Below are positions 61,787-64,000 of a DNA stretch of 64,000 bases, piece by piece. A program made the position numbers and the translations under genes. The stretch comes from Rhina ancylostomus (lineage: Eukaryota). The stretch is taken from positions 16,800,971 through 16,864,970 of the forward strand of contig JARFYF010000053.1 of the NCBI GenBank assembly GCA_030265395.1, written 5' to 3'. The notes beneath the pieces are model-generated. The model saw only the letters and a list, made by a program, of their open reading frames with translations. It was not told the origin of the DNA and did no database searches. Numbering within the stretch: position 1 is the first letter of the stretch; the number at the start of each line of letters is the position of its first letter.

Positions 61787-64000
61787 GATCCCACTAGCAT
61801 TCCCTTTTTTCTTTAAGCCACAAATCATGATCGGAAAATAGAACTATTGGATATTCTCAGTATTGAGTTTGCTGCAGTGACCTTCACCTCAACAACAGAT
61901 GTCATGGCAATAATTATGCAGAGGAAACATTTGCTGTAGTTATTGCTGTCACAACTCTCTCTCTCTCTCTTTCTGACTTCCCCTGAGTGTGGCACAAGAT
62001 GGGTTTAGTTTTTCACAAATACCAGATACATTTGCATGTGATGTTATATTTCCAATTCCTCACTGAAGGAGATCATCTTTAAAACTCAATAGCTTTTGTG
62101 TAGCTTCATACAAAGACTGGAGTTGCTGCAATAAGTCATAGTTACGCAGAATTTTCTCCACCTACTTGCTCTCCAGAGCTATGCAATCTACGTATCTGGC
62201 AGATACTAGACATTTGGCATCTGGTATTGGTCTGGAGGAAGGAGGTATGTGTGCGAATTTTAAATGTAAGGTTGTTACTGACAGAACAGGGGGTACTGTG
62301 ACCTTTCAGACACAAAGAAAGCCAAATTATTCAGAGCTTATGCCATTAACAGATACATACATCATAAATATATGCAATAAAAAGAAACAAAGATGTCAAT
62401 ATTATGTATTAAGTTTAAGAATGCAGTGATTCTGTTTTACATGTTTAAATGATCTGTTCATAAAGAATGAGCTGAACTTTCAATTCTATCAAATACACAC
62501 ATCTGTAACACAGAGCTTTCTACCACTGCTGAAAGAACTTAGAATGAAGTCAATTCACAGAACCACAAAATATTTTCCCATTCACAATGTTCCTAAAATA
62601 AGTTGGACGTAAAAGCCTGGTTGGTCTTGTGATTTTTATTTACAAACACAATGAGTACAATGTTGTTGAAGGAGCTGCCAATCACTCATTCATTTATCTT
62701 CTGTGACATATGGAATTTCTTTAGCTGAAAGGATTATGTTAATTGAAGGAAAGCAGTTAGTGATCTTCTCGTGACAGGACTGCCTAGTGTTTGCAGCTGG
62801 TCATAATTTGCCTTTGTCTTTCTCTCATCAAACATTACTGCTACTTTTAATGGTTATCCAGGAAATAACTAATTACCATATGAATCTTCCATGAACATCT
62901 AGTCCACATTGTTTAATTAATTAGTGATTTATTGCAAAGAGGAGCCATACATAGCAGTTTGTTATGCAATTGTCAGGGAAAGAAAATTCAGTCTTATTCT
63001 TGTTCCAATGATTAGTTTTATACAGAGTTTGCCTGCAAAAAAATGTAGAAACTGTGAGTGACAAGTGATGGAGAATGGTAGTATTTTCCAAATACACCAA
63101 TTGTTATATCTCTTGTCACTTGAATAATGGCTCTGGAAATCTTACTATATCACACATGAGATTAACTGAAGATTTTACAGCTGTTTGAAACTGCCATGAA
63201 AAGTAGTCTTAGGGGACATGCATATCTGCTCCTTGTGAATTCTCGGTGTATTCTCTAAACAGATACATATAAGAGAGGGAAAATAAAATTCTGTAGCTTG
63301 ATTTATCATAAGGGAATCTTTATCTGATATTCTGTACAGTGAAGAAAATATGTATATTAAGAAAATCTAAACTCCCAGTGAGTCAAGGGGGTTAATGTCT
63401 CAGGTCGACTACCATACAGCAGAACAGGAAAATATTTGAGATAAACAGTTTTTAGTTGAGAACAAAGCCATGGAAATTATTCTTGGGGTGGGAGTGGTAT
63501 TGAAGAAAGAGAAAATAGAATATCCTGTGTGTGATCAGAGAGTAGAAGGACTAAATTATTGGTCCTTGGCAAAAGGGTAATATTTTAGAGAAGGTGTAAA
63601 TGGTTGGAGTGAAATAAAATTGGTGGATGAAGAGACAGAAGGGAAATGGAAAATCTTGTAAAGACTACTGTGGCTCAGCTATGTGGTAGAGAAAGGAAGG
63701 TAAACCCTAAGGGAGTGGACTACCTGTCCCCACTTTACACACTACCACGTCTCCTTCCATGGCTGTGGTGTTACCACCGCACCCACTTTCTCAACTAAGG
63801 GTATTGGATGATTAAAGAGCAACTGGTAGTGCAGTAGATATGGCTGATAGGGTTGTCTGCACACAGGTGGTCCAGGATAAAGCAGCTCACGTGATAGACG
63901 CTCCATCCATTACCCCTCCACCACCAGCATACAGTGTATATCATCTATGAAATTCACAGCAGTTAATAACCAAGACTACTTTAATATCCCCTTCCAAATC

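Overview
Vertebrate nuclear DNA with assembly gaps (N runs). The repeat landscape (CR1/HER1-type LINEs, V-SINEs, DeuSINEs, Rex1/Babar, Tx1, Penelope-like relics) suggests a cartilaginous fish; this is inference. The first ~22 kb holds the last 11 coding exons of ELAPOR1 (KIAA1324/EIG121) on the + strand. All 11 have GT-AG boundaries with compatible phases, and the CDS ends at TAA 21619-21621. A ~38 kb repeat-rich intergenic region follows. It contains a near full-length decayed hAT transposase on the - strand, solo-LTR-like elements, a Tigger-like MITE and nested LINE/SINE insertions. At ~60.2 kb (+) lies the first coding exon of a class-3 semaphorin (signal peptide, PRLKFSYK, phase-1 donor) that most resembles SEMA3D. 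The most interesting observation is this ELAPOR1 -> SEMA3D-like gene order. It mirrors human ELAPOR2-(GRM3)-SEMA3D and suggests a semaphorin ohnolog (possibly sema3h) absent from the human ELAPOR1 locus. Next to that exon are an octamer/CCAAT module and a 28-nt direct repeat bracketing it. I found no convincing evidence of a wholly novel biological system. Homology calls come from recalled sequences, not searches, and repeat boundaries are approximate.
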